A stretch of DNA of 64,000 bases from Malacoraja senta (taxonomy: Eukaryota), in contig CM075977.1 of the NCBI GenBank assembly GCA_038087875.1, forward strand, positions 279,000,001 through 279,064,000, read 5' to 3'. Below are positions 1 to 12,065 of the stretch, piece after piece; the first letter of the stretch is position 1, and every line of letters starts with the position of its first letter. A program made the translations under genes and the position numbers. The notes beneath the pieces are model-generated. The model was not told the origin of the DNA. It searched no databases and saw only the letters and a list, made by a program, of their open reading frames with translations.

Positions 1-140
1 GCAGTGCTGAACTACTATCTACTATTTGATGACCCTCGGACAATCTTTGACCGGACTTTGCTGACTTTACCTTCCACGAAGCGTTATTTCCTTATCATGT
101 ATCTATACACTGTAAATGGATCGATTGTAATCATGTATTC
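1..140 (+). mobile_element. 3' UTR fragment of a Rex1-like LINE (window edge)
   Basis: Closely matches 60240-60375, which follows a Rex1-type coding end (YTSRC...RFRDSFFPAVIRQLN). Confidence 0.6.
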
Positions 141-295
141 ATAAAATCATATGATCATAAGATTGCAGGTGAATTAGGCCATTCGGCCCATCAAGTCTAC
201 TTCGCCATTCAATCATGGCTATGGCGGTGCTGGCTTGAAGGGCCAATGGCCTACTCCTGCATCTATTTTCTATATTTCTATGTTTTATACGTTTC
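141..295. mobile_element. Two CR1 LINE 3' tails joined in opposite orientation
   Basis: Minus-strand tail (aattaggccattcggcccatcaagtctac) fused to plus-strand tail (gggccaatggcctactcctgcatctattttctat). Confidence 0.7.
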
Positions 296-730
296 TAAAT
301 CAGTTAGGTTCAAATGCTGAAAAAATACAGAAATTCTATTTATTGAACGCGGCCACACCTCAACGAGATCCAAGGCCATCTTGACGTTGTGCTCTTCTGT
401 CACCTCTGTCTCCGGGCCTATTTCTCTGACAGGGACACCTTGCCTCTCAGTGATGGCCCCTTCTCCCACCTCCACTGAAGGTGCGGGGTGAGCAGAGTGC
501 GAGCTGCGTCTGCTGCGACCTCCCCCCACCCCCCCCCCCACCCCCCCCTTTGTGTTTTACTCCAGACTTTCTACTCTGTTGATTTCTGTCTCACTACAAC
601 TGGTTTCTGAATTATCTATAGTGATCCTGATATGGCAGAACAGTGGGAGTTGATTGCTTGATATCCTCCCATCTCTGCGAGATTATGGAGGAGTAATTTT
701 CACACTTTTGTAATGCTACATCATATACAG

Positions 731-965
731 CAAGGGTTCCCAACCTGGGGTAAATATACCCACAGGGGGTAAATTTCGCCTACCCGGAGGGTACATTTGT
801 TGATTCTGGATATGTTAAAAACAGTATTTTAAAATTCCCCCTTTGTCGGTTGCTTTATTATGGTAGAAGTGTGAACTCAAGTTACTGAACAAAACAGGGT
901 GGGGGTAAATTTACTTTCGAAAAGTTGCCTGGGGAAAACGGGACGAAAAAGGTTGGGAAGCCCTG
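731..965. mobile_element. Non-autonomous hAT-like DNA transposon (MITE)
   Basis: Imperfect TIRs caagggttcccaacct / aggttgggaagccctg; repeated subterminal ggggtaaat motifs; 8-bp TSD only degenerate. Confidence 0.6.
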
Positions 966-1195
966 CCTGCTGTACAGCATTCCGCTGATGTTGAAGTAAG
1001 CCCATTCTGGAAAGGCAGAATCTACCGTGTTTATGCCACAACTGAAAGTGTCTCAGCTCATGATGTTGGGTGATTGTGGTTCTGTGGTCAGCTTAGGCAC
1101 TGATATTTACAATGGGGCTGTTGGTATCAGTCCTTAAGTCGGCCACAGACCTTTACACACAGTCAATGGCCAATTTGTTTCTGGTATCAGTCATA

Positions 1196-1390
1196 GAATG
1201 AATGAATGAATGAATGAATGAATGAATGAATGAATGAATGAATGAATGCTTTATTGTCACATGTGACAAGTCACAGTGGAATTCTTTGCTTGCATGCCCA
1301 ATAGTCGTCACATAAAGGGCATTGACAAAGTTACAAAGTGTCCGCGCCAAGTCCACCCTTGTTCTCCCCTCCCCTGAAGGCATTCCCCCC
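1196..1390 (-). mobile_element. Non-LTR 3' end with (TTCA)n tail, seen as (GAAT)n microsatellite 1196-1247
   Basis: gcaagcaaagaattccactgtgacttgtcacatgtgacaataaa tail shared with 43140-43266 and 62625-62935. Confidence 0.7.
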
Positions 1391-1394
1391 CACA

Positions 1395-1565
1395 CCAGGA
1401 TAACTTGGCATAATTCATGTCGATGGCTTTTATATCCATTTTATTAACACTTTTCAGTAGAAAGTTATAGGACCCTCTGGCACAGAACACCTCCCCATAA
1501 TCTTGAGGATGCGGCCATCTTTCATCCTATGTATGTGCCCAAGCCAGTGAAGATTTCCTTGCTCA
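1395..1565 (-). mobile_element. Old RTE-clade LINE fragment
   Basis: Minus strand reads LHWLGHIHRMKDGRILK, matching the RTE C-terminal LRWLGHVxRMxDxRIPK motif. Confidence 0.55.
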
Positions 1566-1914
1566 TTGAATGCTGGACATTTAGCATCTCAGCTTGAGCG
1601 GAGATGACTGCTTTGCAACTAACGCAGCATTACCCATGCTCACTTCAACACCCTGACGGTCCACAAGCAGTCCAGTAGAGTGTCGCCATGCCTAAGCACA
1701 TCCCCCCATTGACAAATGGATAGAAATAGTCCACTGATCCCGCATGCAAGCGCCTCCATGTTTTGGCACCAATTCTCAAAGTTCAGTCTAGCATGAGAGA
1801 ACTTAAGAAACGGGAAGACAACATCAATCGCAGCTCAAAGCGTGATCATGCGAAGAGACTGGCTCCATGTCTGTTGATCAGAGTGTGGGAAATAATGGGT
1901 ATGGTGGAGGTGAA

Positions 1915-2540
1915 GTTAGACACAAAATGCTGGAGTAACTCAGCGAGACAGGCAGCACCTCTGGAGAGAAGGAATGGGTAACATTTTGGGTGGAGACCTT
2001 TCTTCAGACTGAGAGTCAGGGGAGAGGCAGTCTAGAGATAATGGTGGGGTAAGTTGTGAAACCGACAGATCAAAGCAGATGGTGGTCAAGGAATATGTAG
2101 AATGGTCATTGTTAGCCGAGGGAAAGGTGACAACAAGGCAGGCAGGAGGACATTGAAACTAGTCGGAGAACTAGGGTGGGGGAGGGACAGAGAGAGAGGG
2201 AAAGCAAGGGTTACTTGAAGTTAGAGAAATTGATATTCATACCGCTGGGTTGTAGATTGCCCATGCAAAGTATGAGGTCCTTCAATTAGCGTTGGGCCTC
2301 ACTCTGACGGTGGAGGAGACACAATAGACAATAGACAATAGACAATAGGTGCAGGAGTAGGCCATTCGGCCCTTCAAGCCAGCACCGCCATTCAATGTGA
2401 TAATGGCTGATCATCCCCAATCAGTACCACGTTCCTGCCTTCTCCCCATATCCCTTGACTCCGCAATCTTAAAGAGCCCAGGACAGAAAGGTCTGTGTGG
2501 GAATGGGAGGGGGGTTAAAGTTTTTGGCAACCGGGCGTTT
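1915..2540 (-). mobile_element. Penelope-like element 3' part (GIY-YIG end plus pLTR), interrupted by a CR1 tail at ~2320-2475
   Basis: Colinear with the PLE copies at 51045-51587 and 56482-57212. Confidence 0.8.
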
Positions 2541-2676
2541 CAGGGAGTTCGCCTGTACCCATGGTGAAGGGCAGATTGGTGCAACTGGACTGGATCCAGC
2601 AAAATGTAGGCCAGATTATCGCTACCTACAATCATTGCTACATTACATCCTTTCCACTCTTTCCACAACATAAATT

Positions 2677-2972
2677 GGGCGGCACGGTAGCGCAGCGGTA
2701 GAGTTGCTGCCTTACAGCGCTTGCAGCGCCGGAGACCCCGGTTCGATCCTGACGACGGGTGCTGTCTGTACGGAGTTTGCACGTTCTCCCCGTGACCTGC
2801 GTGGGTTTTCAGCCGAGATCTTCGGTTTCCTCCCACACTCCAAAGAAGGTTTGGAGGTTCATTGGCTTGGTGAAAATGTAAATAGTCCCTAGTGTGTGTA
2901 GGATAGTGTTAGTGTGCGGGGATCGCTGGTCGGTGCCTGTTTCCGTGCTGTATCTCTAAACTAAACTAAACT
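2677..2972 (+). mobile_element. HE1-like tRNA-derived V-SINE
   Basis: Pol III A box (tagcgcagcgg) and B box (ggttcgatcc), central V-domain (gttctccccgtg...ggtttcctcccacac), CR1-like tail with (taaac)n. Confidence 0.9.
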
Positions 2973-3819
2973 GTGGCTGTAACCCCTCTGCTGACCACAG
3001 CCAGAAGCCTCCTCTGCAAATAAAACCAAACCCCTCCAATTGATCATAGCCAGACCTTCCTTTACCTGCCAAAGTTCCACCCTGTGACTGCGGCCTCCCG
3101 CATAAACCCCTGCTGCAGCTCAGCAATCAGGTTTGCAATTTGGCCAGGAGATTACAGGAAAAAGCAGGAACGGGGTACTCATTTTGGATCAGCCATGATC
3201 ATATTGAATGGCGGTGCTGGCTCGAAGGGCCGAATGGTCTACTCCTGCACCTATTTTCTATGTTTCTACGTTTCTACAGCTGACGAAGAAGTAAGTGTCT
3301 GCCATTAAGACCTACACAGCCTCTAAGGCCCCAGAATATTCCAACAACCCCTCATCTCCCGAAATTGTCCGTTAAACACGGGGAGTTTATGCCCGCTGTG
3401 CAAACTAAAACAAATCAATTCCTTTGCTTACATTTTAAAATGCTGCAGAACAATTATGTGGTGGAAAATGAGGTTGCTGTCCCGAGACACTACAGCCATG
3501 TTACTTGGCAATTTGATGCCTTGGCTGAGCTGACTTCACTGGCTGTACCCAATTTGGAAGCCGCCGCACTACTGTTTATTGCACAATGAACAAATACACG
3601 CAAACCTAAATAATTGGAAGTACTGTCATCTCCAGTTCTGACCTTACAGAAGTTGTACTGTAATTTGTATAAATATCGAAAATAGAAAATAGGTGCAGGA
3701 GGAGATATTATGGGGATATCCTGATAAGAATCCTTGGAGCTCGATCACTCGACGAATCAGCCTGTACGACAGTATGAATCACAATTAAGAAAGAAGATGT
3801 TGGTCATTTAACCCAAAGG

Positions 3820-4100
3820 TCATAAGGTCAAGAGGTCATAAGGAATAGGAGTAGAATTAAGCCATTCGGCCCATCAAGTCTACTCCGCCATTCAATCGTG
3901 GCTGATCTATCGCTCCCTCCTAACCCCATTCTCCTCATAACCTCTGCCACCGTACTAATCAAGATTCTATCTATCACTGCCTTAAAAATATCCAGTGACT
4001 TGGCCTCCACAGCCTCTTGTGGCACAGAACTCCACAGATTCACCACACATTTCTCCTCATCTCCTTCCTAACAGAACGTCCTTTAGTTCTGAGTACATCC
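3820..4100 (-). mobile_element. CR1 LINE 3' fragment
   Basis: ORF 3828..4046 VNLWSSVPQEAVEAKSLDIFK; (atgacct)n tail. Confidence 0.85.
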
Positions 4101-4299
4101 TTCAAAGAGTACATTTCCGGCATTATTCAAGACGTTCTTCTCTTTGCCAGCCCCTCAGGGCCAAAAGTGATTTTAACCTCAACATGCATCACGTGGCAGA
4201 CGATTTTTGTATTATTTTCCTTCATTGCATTATTGAAAAAAATGAACATTAAATAGATAAGAAAGTAAGTAATCCATGCAAATCAGGGCAAGACTCGAA

Positions 4300-4450
4300 A
4301 AGAGAAGGAATGGATGACATTTCAGGTCGAGACCCTTCTTCAGACGTCACCCATTCCTTCTCTCCAGAGGTGCTGCCTGTCCTGCTGAGTTATTCCAGCA
4401 TTTTGAGTCTATCTTTGGTGTAAACCAGCATCTGCAGTTCCTTCCTATAC
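4300..4450. repeat. PLE pLTR fold-back (partial hairpin)
   Basis: gaaggaatggatgacatttc...cttcttcagac joined to gtcacccattccttctctccag...cagttccttcctatac. Confidence 0.8.
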
Positions 4451-4796
4451 AATACTCTTTTCATCATAGATATCTGTGAATATAACTACTTTTTAATAGA
4501 TCATCTTAGAATTTCCTTGCAAAGTTGTTACAGAACATAACAGAATATAACAATCTAACAAAGAAAAGACTATCCCTATTCCACACAAAATTCAGGATGA
4601 CATTATCCCGAATCATTATCCATTATCATTATGGATATTTTTAAGGCAGAGATAGATAGATTATTGATTAGTATAGGTGTCGGGGGTTATGGGGAGAAGG
4701 CAGGAGAATGGGGTTAGGAGGGAGATATAGGTCAGCCACGATTGAATGGCAGAGTAGACTTGATGGGCCGAATGGCCTAATTCTTCTGCTGCTGTC

Positions 4797-5498
4797 TCAT
4801 GGGGAGCCAGGACCAGTGCTCTTGTGCCGCTGAGTGCCACATGGTGCTGCAGCGCTCATACAAGCAAGCTAGACGCCATCCTCAACAACACCATGCGGAT
4901 CATCACCGGCTGCCTACACCCTACTCTGACGGATCTTCTGCCGGTGCTCGCAGGTATCGCCCCCACCAAGCTTCGCAGAGAGTACTTCACCCACAGGCTG
5001 GTGTGCAAGGCCCCATCGGATGCCAAACATCCTCTGCACCACCTCGCCCAGGACTCACAGCAACTGGGACCTCAACGCCTGGCATCTAGTCGCCCCTTCT
5101 CCCATCACGCAGCGACCCTCTGTGGCTCCGGTTTCAACACACTAGGAGCATGGAGAACCAGCTTGGAACAGACTTCACGACCTCCGCAATTCACTGTTGC
5201 ACCGAACACTACAGCCCCACCCGGCTCAGACATGCCCTGCAAAGAGTGGGTCGCCCAGAACCAGCTCCGTACAGGGGTCAGCCGGTTCAACGGCGACATG
5301 CATCGCTGGGCAGCCTGCGTGTGTGGAGCAGACCAGCAAACAGCGCAGCACGACATTTTCGACTGCGCTGTTCTCCGCCTCCCCCCCCCCCCGGTAGAGG
5401 GGTCGACCTCACGGCCCTCGACAACAGCACATTGAACTGGCTACAGCGCCTGGAGGGCGTTGCATAACCTCTGCTGCCTCAAACCCAAGAAGAAGAAG
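4797..5498 (+). mobile_element. Vingi/Ingi-clade non-LTR retrotransposon, 5'-truncated (RT C-terminus and CCHC zinc finger)
   Basis: ORF 4824..5435 WCCSAHTSKLDAILNNTMRIITGCL..LPVLAGIAP..LRTG..CVCG..QTAQH..DC; (GAA)n tail; inserted in a CR1 tail with duplicated gcctaa/ttctgctgctgtc. Confidence 0.75.
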
Positions 5499-5503
5499 CC
5501 TAA

Positions 5504-6169
5504 AGGGCCTGTCCCACACGTGTCCTTGGCACGCAAATTACGCGACCTCGTGGTCGCGTTGAGGCGCATGGGCATCGTATGGCCACGCGGGGCCGGTCCC
5601 ACTGAGAAGCGACATCGCGCGGGGCTCTGAAATTTTTGTAGGGAACGAAATCTTCGCGCGCCAACGGCCTGTCTGGTAACTGACGGCCAAAGTGGGACAG
5701 GCCCAAGACCCTGGCGTGACGCAACATCTCACCTCCAACAGCAGCAGAAGCAGGCAAACGATCGCCGAGCTCGGCCTGGGGCTCACGGCCGTTGCGGTCC
5801 GGATCTGCCCCCACTTCTACTCCCAGAACGGGGCCAAGAAAATTGAAGATAGACACAAAATGCTGGAGTAACTCAGCGGGACCGGCAGCATCTCTGGAGA
5901 GAAGCAATGGGTGACGTTTCGGGTCAAGACCCTTCTTTCAGACTGAAGAAGAGTCTCGACACGAAACGTCACCCATTGCTTCTCTCCAGAGATGCTGCCG
6001 GTCCCGCTGAGTTACTCCTGCATTTTGTGTCCATCTTCAAATGACACAGTGCTCCAGAGCTGTGCGGGAGAATGAAGTCGCGCGTGACCTTTGCGGGACC
6101 TTCGCACCTCAACACGACAACGAGGTCACGTAATGAGCGTGCCAAGGATACGTAAGTGGGACTGGGGCT
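5504..6169. mobile_element. PIF/Harbinger-like MITE with nested PLE hairpin
   Basis: agggcctgtcccac...aagtgggactggggct; ~65-bp imperfect TIRs; TAA/TTA flanks. Confidence 0.75.
5843..6040. repeat. PLE pLTR fold-back hairpin (~97-bp arms)
   Basis: ttgaagatagacacaaaatgctgg...tcagac then tgaagaagagtctcgac...ccatcttcaa; arms are near-exact reverse complements. Confidence 0.9.
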
Positions 6170-6809
6170 TTATTCTGCTGCTGTCACTTATAACATTATG
6201 ACATTGAACTCAAAACCTAATTCTGATCTGCAAATTATTCTCTTGCACAGCATGGAAAGGGATCAACATTATACAATCAACTCTCAATACAGGCTGACTT
6301 GTACCGTCCTTATTGTGATTTTCTATACTTTGATCAATATGTAGAAACAATGACACCGGATCAGGTGTGTTGGGGAAATGAGCTCAAAATATAAAGACAA
6401 GAAATCGACTGAAGATGGGTCTCGACCCGAAACGCCACCTATTTCCTTCATACCATAGATGCTGCCTCACCCGCTGAGTTTTTCCAGCATTTTTGTCTAC
6501 CCTGGTCTATAAATGTCTGTTTCAGTTTTAGATCACATCTGGTTTGTTTATTTGAGATTATCCATTTGATGGTACCTCAGATCAATATATATTAAACTAT
6601 GCAAGGTCCTACACCCAGTATTTTCGGCATTGTGTTTGACATATAGATAAATACATGACCTGTTTGAGCACATGTGCATCATTTTATATGCATCTGTGTG
6701 CCATCTGAGAAAACAGAATGGACACATCTGCCTGAAATGTCAGTGTCTCCCACTTATCGCTCTGCTTGGTGTTTTCATCCTGGAGCAGGAACCCATAAGA
6801 GCGTACACA

Positions 6810-6903
6810 AGAGTCTGAAGAAGGGTCTCGACCCGAAACGTCGCCTATTCGATCGCTCCATAGATGCTGCCTCACCCGCTGAGTTTTTCCAGCATTTTTG
6901 TCT
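6810..6903 (+). mobile_element. Short PLE pLTR insertion carrying a minimal hammerhead core
   Basis: CTGAAGA-A-GGGT(CTCG)ACCC-GAAAC-GTC at 6815-6842; flanking direct repeat acccataagagcgtacaca (6791-6809) / acccacaagtgcgtacaca (6904-6922). Confidence 0.8.
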
Positions 6904-7644
6904 ACCCACAAGTGCGTACACATTACTTGAAGACGAGGATGCAAAGAAAAGTTGAAACTACGCAAAGACATGAAATACATTATGTGACCGTAACCTCATG
7001 CTGACAGGGCACATCCAAAAACTGGCAGTATCAAAAGGTCATGTCACTTCTTTGCCCAAACTTGAAACAACGGGACTCAACTCAACAGAATTGGGCATAG
7101 GAGGCACAGGAGGAATAAAGGGCAGTGGATGTGAATCACTCTGAACAAGTCTTACAACCCATGAGTAAGGGAAGGATGCGAGACAGTAGCACAGTCTAAA
7201 TTCAGCCATATTGACATGAGCTCTTCAGTTAGAAGAGCTGAAGATTTTCTTCAGGACAATTTTATCATTTAAGATAGACACAAAATGCTGGGACAGCAAC
7301 TCAGCGGGACAGGCAGCATCTCTGGAGAGAAGGATTGGGTAACGTTTCGGGTCCAGACACTTCTTCAGAAGAGTGAAGTCTGAATGCTGAGTTACTCCAA
7401 CATTTTGCGTCTATCTTCGGTTTAAACCAACATCTGCAGTTCCTTCCTACACGATTCTATGACTTAATGGATTAGCTTAGTTGCGGCATCTTGGGGGCAT
7501 GGATCTGTTGGAATGAAGGGCCTGTTCCCGTGCTGTATGACTACATTTGGAGAGGCTCAGTGTTCCTACCCCAAATTATATACTTCAAGAATGTACTAAT
7601 ATATAAATGGTAGACAACCTGAAAATGCCCCTTTTCCTGCACAC

Positions 7645-7836
7645 CAACGAGCTGCAAGAGGAGGTAGTTGAGGCAGGTACTATCACAATGTTCAAGAAAC
7701 ATTTAGACAGGTACATGGATATCCAGGTTTGGAGGGATATGGACCAAATGCAGGCAACTGGGACAAATGTCGATGGGACATGTTGGCCGTTGTGGGCCAA
7801 AGGGCCTGTTTCCACACTGCAAGACTCTATGACTCT
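7645..7836 (+). mobile_element. CR1 LINE 3' fragment
   Basis: EEVVEAGTITMFKKHLDRYMD; gggcctgtttcc...(actctatg)n tail. Confidence 0.85.
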
Positions 7837-8257
7837 AACAATCCTGATACTGCTGCATAAAGGAAGGATGAACCAGGGTGGTGGAGAAAGGAACATCGGA
7901 AAGTATACAGGATCCGTAGGAGAGGCCTTGGCTATGTCCTTCCCGATGCCCCGTTGCAACAAGCTCACGTGATACTACCTGTTGTGGAGATGGGGGCAGT
8001 TCTAAGCAACATACCAAAGTCATAAAGCACGTGCATCATAGAGCAAATAGGCAAGGAGTGACTGGCAAAGGTAGACACAAGGTGCTGGAGCAACTCAGCA
8101 GGTCAGGCACAATTTCTGGAGAACATGGATACTGACCTTCTTGTAAAATGTTGTTCATTTCAGATTTCTAATATCCACAGTAGTTTTGCAATAAGGACTA
8201 CACGTCCATGGCCACAATATCAGCCATGAGGTGGTCATGAGTAATCTCTAGACTGAT

Positions 8258-8578
8258 TAGTTTAGTTTAGTTTAGTCTAGTGATACAGCGGGGAAACAGG
8301 CCCTTCGGCCCACTGAGTTGACGCCGAACAGCGATCCCCACACACTTACACAATCCTACACACACTAGGGACAATGTACATTTTTTATACCAAGCCAATT
8401 AACTTACAAACCTGCACGTCTTTGGAGTGTGGGAGGAAACAGAAGATCTCGGAGAAATACCATGCGGTCACGGGAAGAACGTACAAACTCCGTCCAGACA
8501 AGCACGCGCAGTCGGGATCGAACCCGGATTTCTGGTGCTGTAAGGCAGTAGCTCTACCGCTGTGCCACCGTGCTGCCC
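8258..8578 (-). mobile_element. HE1-like V-SINE
   Basis: Reverse complement of the 2677-2972 family, tRNA head through (taaac)n tail. Confidence 0.85.
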
Positions 8579-8899
8579 TTAATGGGGCAGAAATAGGGGT
8601 GCAATTATAGGAAGGAGAGATAGGGTGTGGGAATCATTGGATGAAAAGATTTGCACTTTTGCAAAACCCACTTTTGCAAAAAATAATCTATTGAGCTCCT
8701 TTCTCTTTGGATTGCAAACTGATATTGTGTGCAGCAACTGCAAAAGTGAGCTCCATGTAAATCATATTAGCCCAAGTTGCATATTGCTAGTGTGGCACAG
8801 TTTGTAATAAGCAGGTCCTGAGGCAATAAGCAGGTTGTACAGGGGGTGCAGGAGTAGAGAGAGACCTGGAGGAAGAGGTGCAAGGGGATGTGTGTGCAA

Positions 8900-9128
8900 G
8901 TCACAAGCTCACAAGTTATAGAAGTAGAATTCGGCCCTTCGGCCCATCGAGTCTATGCTGCCATTCAATCATGGCTGATCTCTACCTCCTAAGCCCATTT
9001 TCCTGCCTTCTCCCCAAAACTCTTGACACTCTTCTAATCTTCTAGAAAACAGGATATCTATCTCTGCTTTAAAAAATATCCACTGGCGGCCTCCACAGCC
9101 CTCTGTGGCAATGAGTTCCACAGATTAA
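8900..9128 (-). mobile_element. CR1 LINE 3' fragment
   Basis: gccattcaatcatggctgatc...cctccacagccctctgtggcaatgagttcc. Confidence 0.8.
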
Positions 9129-9250
9129 AGGGCCTGTCCCACTTGGCGATTTTTTTTGGCGACTGTCGGCATCATTGACTGACGTATCAGGTCACCGAAA
9201 AAGTCATAGCGTGATGCGGCGGTGACACGGCGTGATGACGTATTGACCCA
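9129..9250. mobile_element. Truncated Harbinger-like MITE (left end; same subfamily as 41320-41556)
   Basis: taa|agggcctgtcccacttggcgatttttttt...ggcatcattgactgacgtatcaggtcaccgaaaa. Confidence 0.75.
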
Positions 9251-9363
9251 CTCATTCCTGGAATCATTCTTGTGAACATTTTTGTAAGTAATTGAAAGTG
9301 CTGGGGCAGTTTGAGAAAGCAGTTACAACAGGCTCATGCAATTCTGAGCATTATAGAGGCATG

Positions 9364-9571
9364 AAAGGTAGACACAAAATGCTGGAGTAACTCAGCGGGA
9401 CAGGCAGCATCTCTGGAGAGAAGGAATGGGTGACGTTTCGGATCGAGACCTTTCTTCAGACGAAATGTGACCCATACCTTCTCTCCAGAGATGCTGCCTG
9501 TCCCGCTGTGTTACTCCAGCATTTGGTGTCTACCTTCGATTTAAACCAGCATCTACAGTTCTTTCCTACAC
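9364..9571. mobile_element. PLE pLTR hairpin insertion with 11-bp TSD
   Basis: TSD atagaggcatg at 9353-9363 and 9572-9582. Confidence 0.85.
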
Positions 9572-10298
9572 ATAGAGGCATGGAGAAGTGTCTGGGAAAT
9601 CTTGCTGAACCATTATGAAGTGTTATTCCAGCATGCTCTGGGCCAGCAGACTTTCTCAATGACTGGATGTTAATGTTTTAATGCCCCCACACGTTAATTT
9701 CTCTTTAAATGTTTCTCAGGAGAGGATTCTCTTGAACGTCTACAGGTGTAGAGAGCATACTGACTGGTTGCATCGTGGCCTGGTTCGGCAACTTGAACGA
9801 TCTACGGGTGCTGTTGGTACGGAGTTTGTACGCTCTCCCCGTGACTGCGTGAGTTCTCTCCGAGATCTTCGGTTTCCTCCCACACTCCGAAGACGTACAG
9901 GTTTGTAGATTAATTGGCTTGGTATGATTGTAAATCGTCCCTAGTGTGTGTAGGACAGTGTTAGCGTGCGGGGCTCGCTGGTCGGTGCTGACTCGGTGGG
10001 TAGAAGGGCCTGTTTCCTCGTTGTGTCTCTAAATTAAACACCACTGAAACACAGAGCGATAACCTGGGATGGCAGCAATTTCCCTGACATCATGGGATCT
10101 CAGGCTGACACCACAGTTAGTTTAGTTTAGTATAGTTTAGTGATACAGCATGGAACTTTGAAATTAAAACTTACAGAATAATGAAAGGCATAGATGGAAT
10201 GGATGTGGAGAGGATGTTTCCACTGTTGGGAGATTCTAGGACCAGAAAATTAAAGGGCGCTCTTTTAAAAAGGAGGAACTTCTTGAGTCAGAGGGTAA

Positions 10299-10947
10299 TT
10301 CCTGGGCGTGCATATCTCTGAAGATCTCTCCTGGTCCGAGAACACTGATGCAATTATAAAGTAAGCACATCAGCGCCTCTACTTCCTGAGAAGATTACGG
10401 AGAGTCGGTATGTCAAGAAGGACTCTCTCGAACTTCTACAGGTGCACAGTAGAGAGCATGCTGACCGGTTGCATCGTGGCTTGGTTTGGCAACTTAGGCG
10501 CCCAGGAGCGGAAAAGACTGCAAAAAGTTGTAAACATTGCCCAGTCCATCATCTGCTCTGACCTCCCTACCATCGAGGGATCTATCGCAGTCGCTGCCTC
10601 AAAAAGGCTGCCAGCATCATCAAGGACCCACACCATCCTGGCCACTCACTCATCTCCCGCTGCCTTCAGGTAGAAGGTACAGGAGCCTGAAATCTGCAAC
10701 ATCCAGGTTCAGGAATAGCTTTTTCCCCACAGACATCAGGCTATTAAACTCAACTGAAACAAAACTCTGAACATTAATAGCCCATTGCACTTTATCTGCT
10801 TATTTATGTGTGTATATATATATTCAATGGTATATGGTCACACTGATCTGTTCTGTATTCATGCCTACTATATTCTGTTGTGCTGAAGCAAAGCAAGAAT
10901 TTCATTGTCCTATCGGGGACACATGATAATAAACTCTCTTGAATCTT
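10299..10947 (+). mobile_element. Rex1/Babar LINE 3' fragment
   Basis: LSNFYRCTVESMLTGCIVAWFG...PSGRRYRSLKSATSRFRNSFFP; (cttga) tail. Confidence 0.85.
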
Positions 10948-12065
10948 GAAACAGGCCCTTCGGCCCACCAAGCCCACGATGACCACTGATCATCGTACAT
11001 TAGTTCTATCTTATCCCAGTTTTGCATGCTACACATTAGGGGAAATTTTCAGAAGCCAATTAACCTCCAAACCTGCAAGTCTTTGGCATGTATGGGGAAA
11101 CCAGAGCACCCAGAGTACACCCACACAGTCACAAGAAGTCAAGAATCAAGAGTGTTATATTGCCATGTATCCCAGACAGAACAATAACATTCTTACTAGC
11201 AGCGGCACAATAGAATACTACACAACAAACAGAGAGGGAGAACCTGGGGAAAACCCACACAGTCACAGGGAGAACCTACTAACTCCTTTAGACACTACCC
11301 CGTAGTCAAGATTGAACCCAGGTCTCTGGCACTGTAAGGCAACAACTCTACCGCTGCGTCACCATGCCACCAGTGTTATCTAAACAAGAAACAAAAACAG
11401 AAAATGCTAGGAGTAATCAGCAAATTAGGCACCATCTGTGCATAAGAAATATTTAATATTTCAAGTCCATGATAGAACTGGTCAAAATGACCTCTCCTTC
11501 AATTCTCCCTTAATAAAAATGTGATCTAAATAAACCCTGTAGTAAAACTCTTAAGTTCTTGTAGTTTATTCCTAGATATAACAACCCATGCTTTAAGCGT
11601 TAATGTTTTCTGTAACAGAATATGACAGTTAAATGAAGGGGATCTTTTTTCAAATTTCCACTGCTTACTGCTATTTACCTTTTGGGAAGTACTTTGTTCT
11701 ATCTTTAGATCTAAAGCACACAATCTCCTATCTGCCGCACTTAAATCCATTTACTACACTTTGCCCACTTTTGATTCATGTTTAATCTTTTATGCATCAT
11801 TCCTAACTGTCATTGTAATGTCATGTTGTCACTTCCGGGCGGAGCACCAAGGCAAATTCCTTGTATGTGAATACTTGGCCAATAACCTTATTCATTCATT
11901 CATTTGTTCTACTTACAAATATATCCTTGTCGTTTAATGCTTACATTCACATTGCTTACAAAAGCGCAAATACTAGTTCTTGAATTTTGCATTTGACAAT
12001 TTTATTATCCTTTTCACTCAATATAATTAGGTTTAATTCCTCCAAAAGAGTAAGTATTGTAGTGC

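Noticed and set aside
2677-2760. tRNA gene
   Set aside because: A/B boxes are the head of an HE1-like SINE, followed by V-domain and LINE tail; many diverged copies in the window.
11526-11770. Possible retroviral or other coding relic on the minus strand
   Set aside because: 74-aa frame lacks any motif I can name; insufficient evidence.
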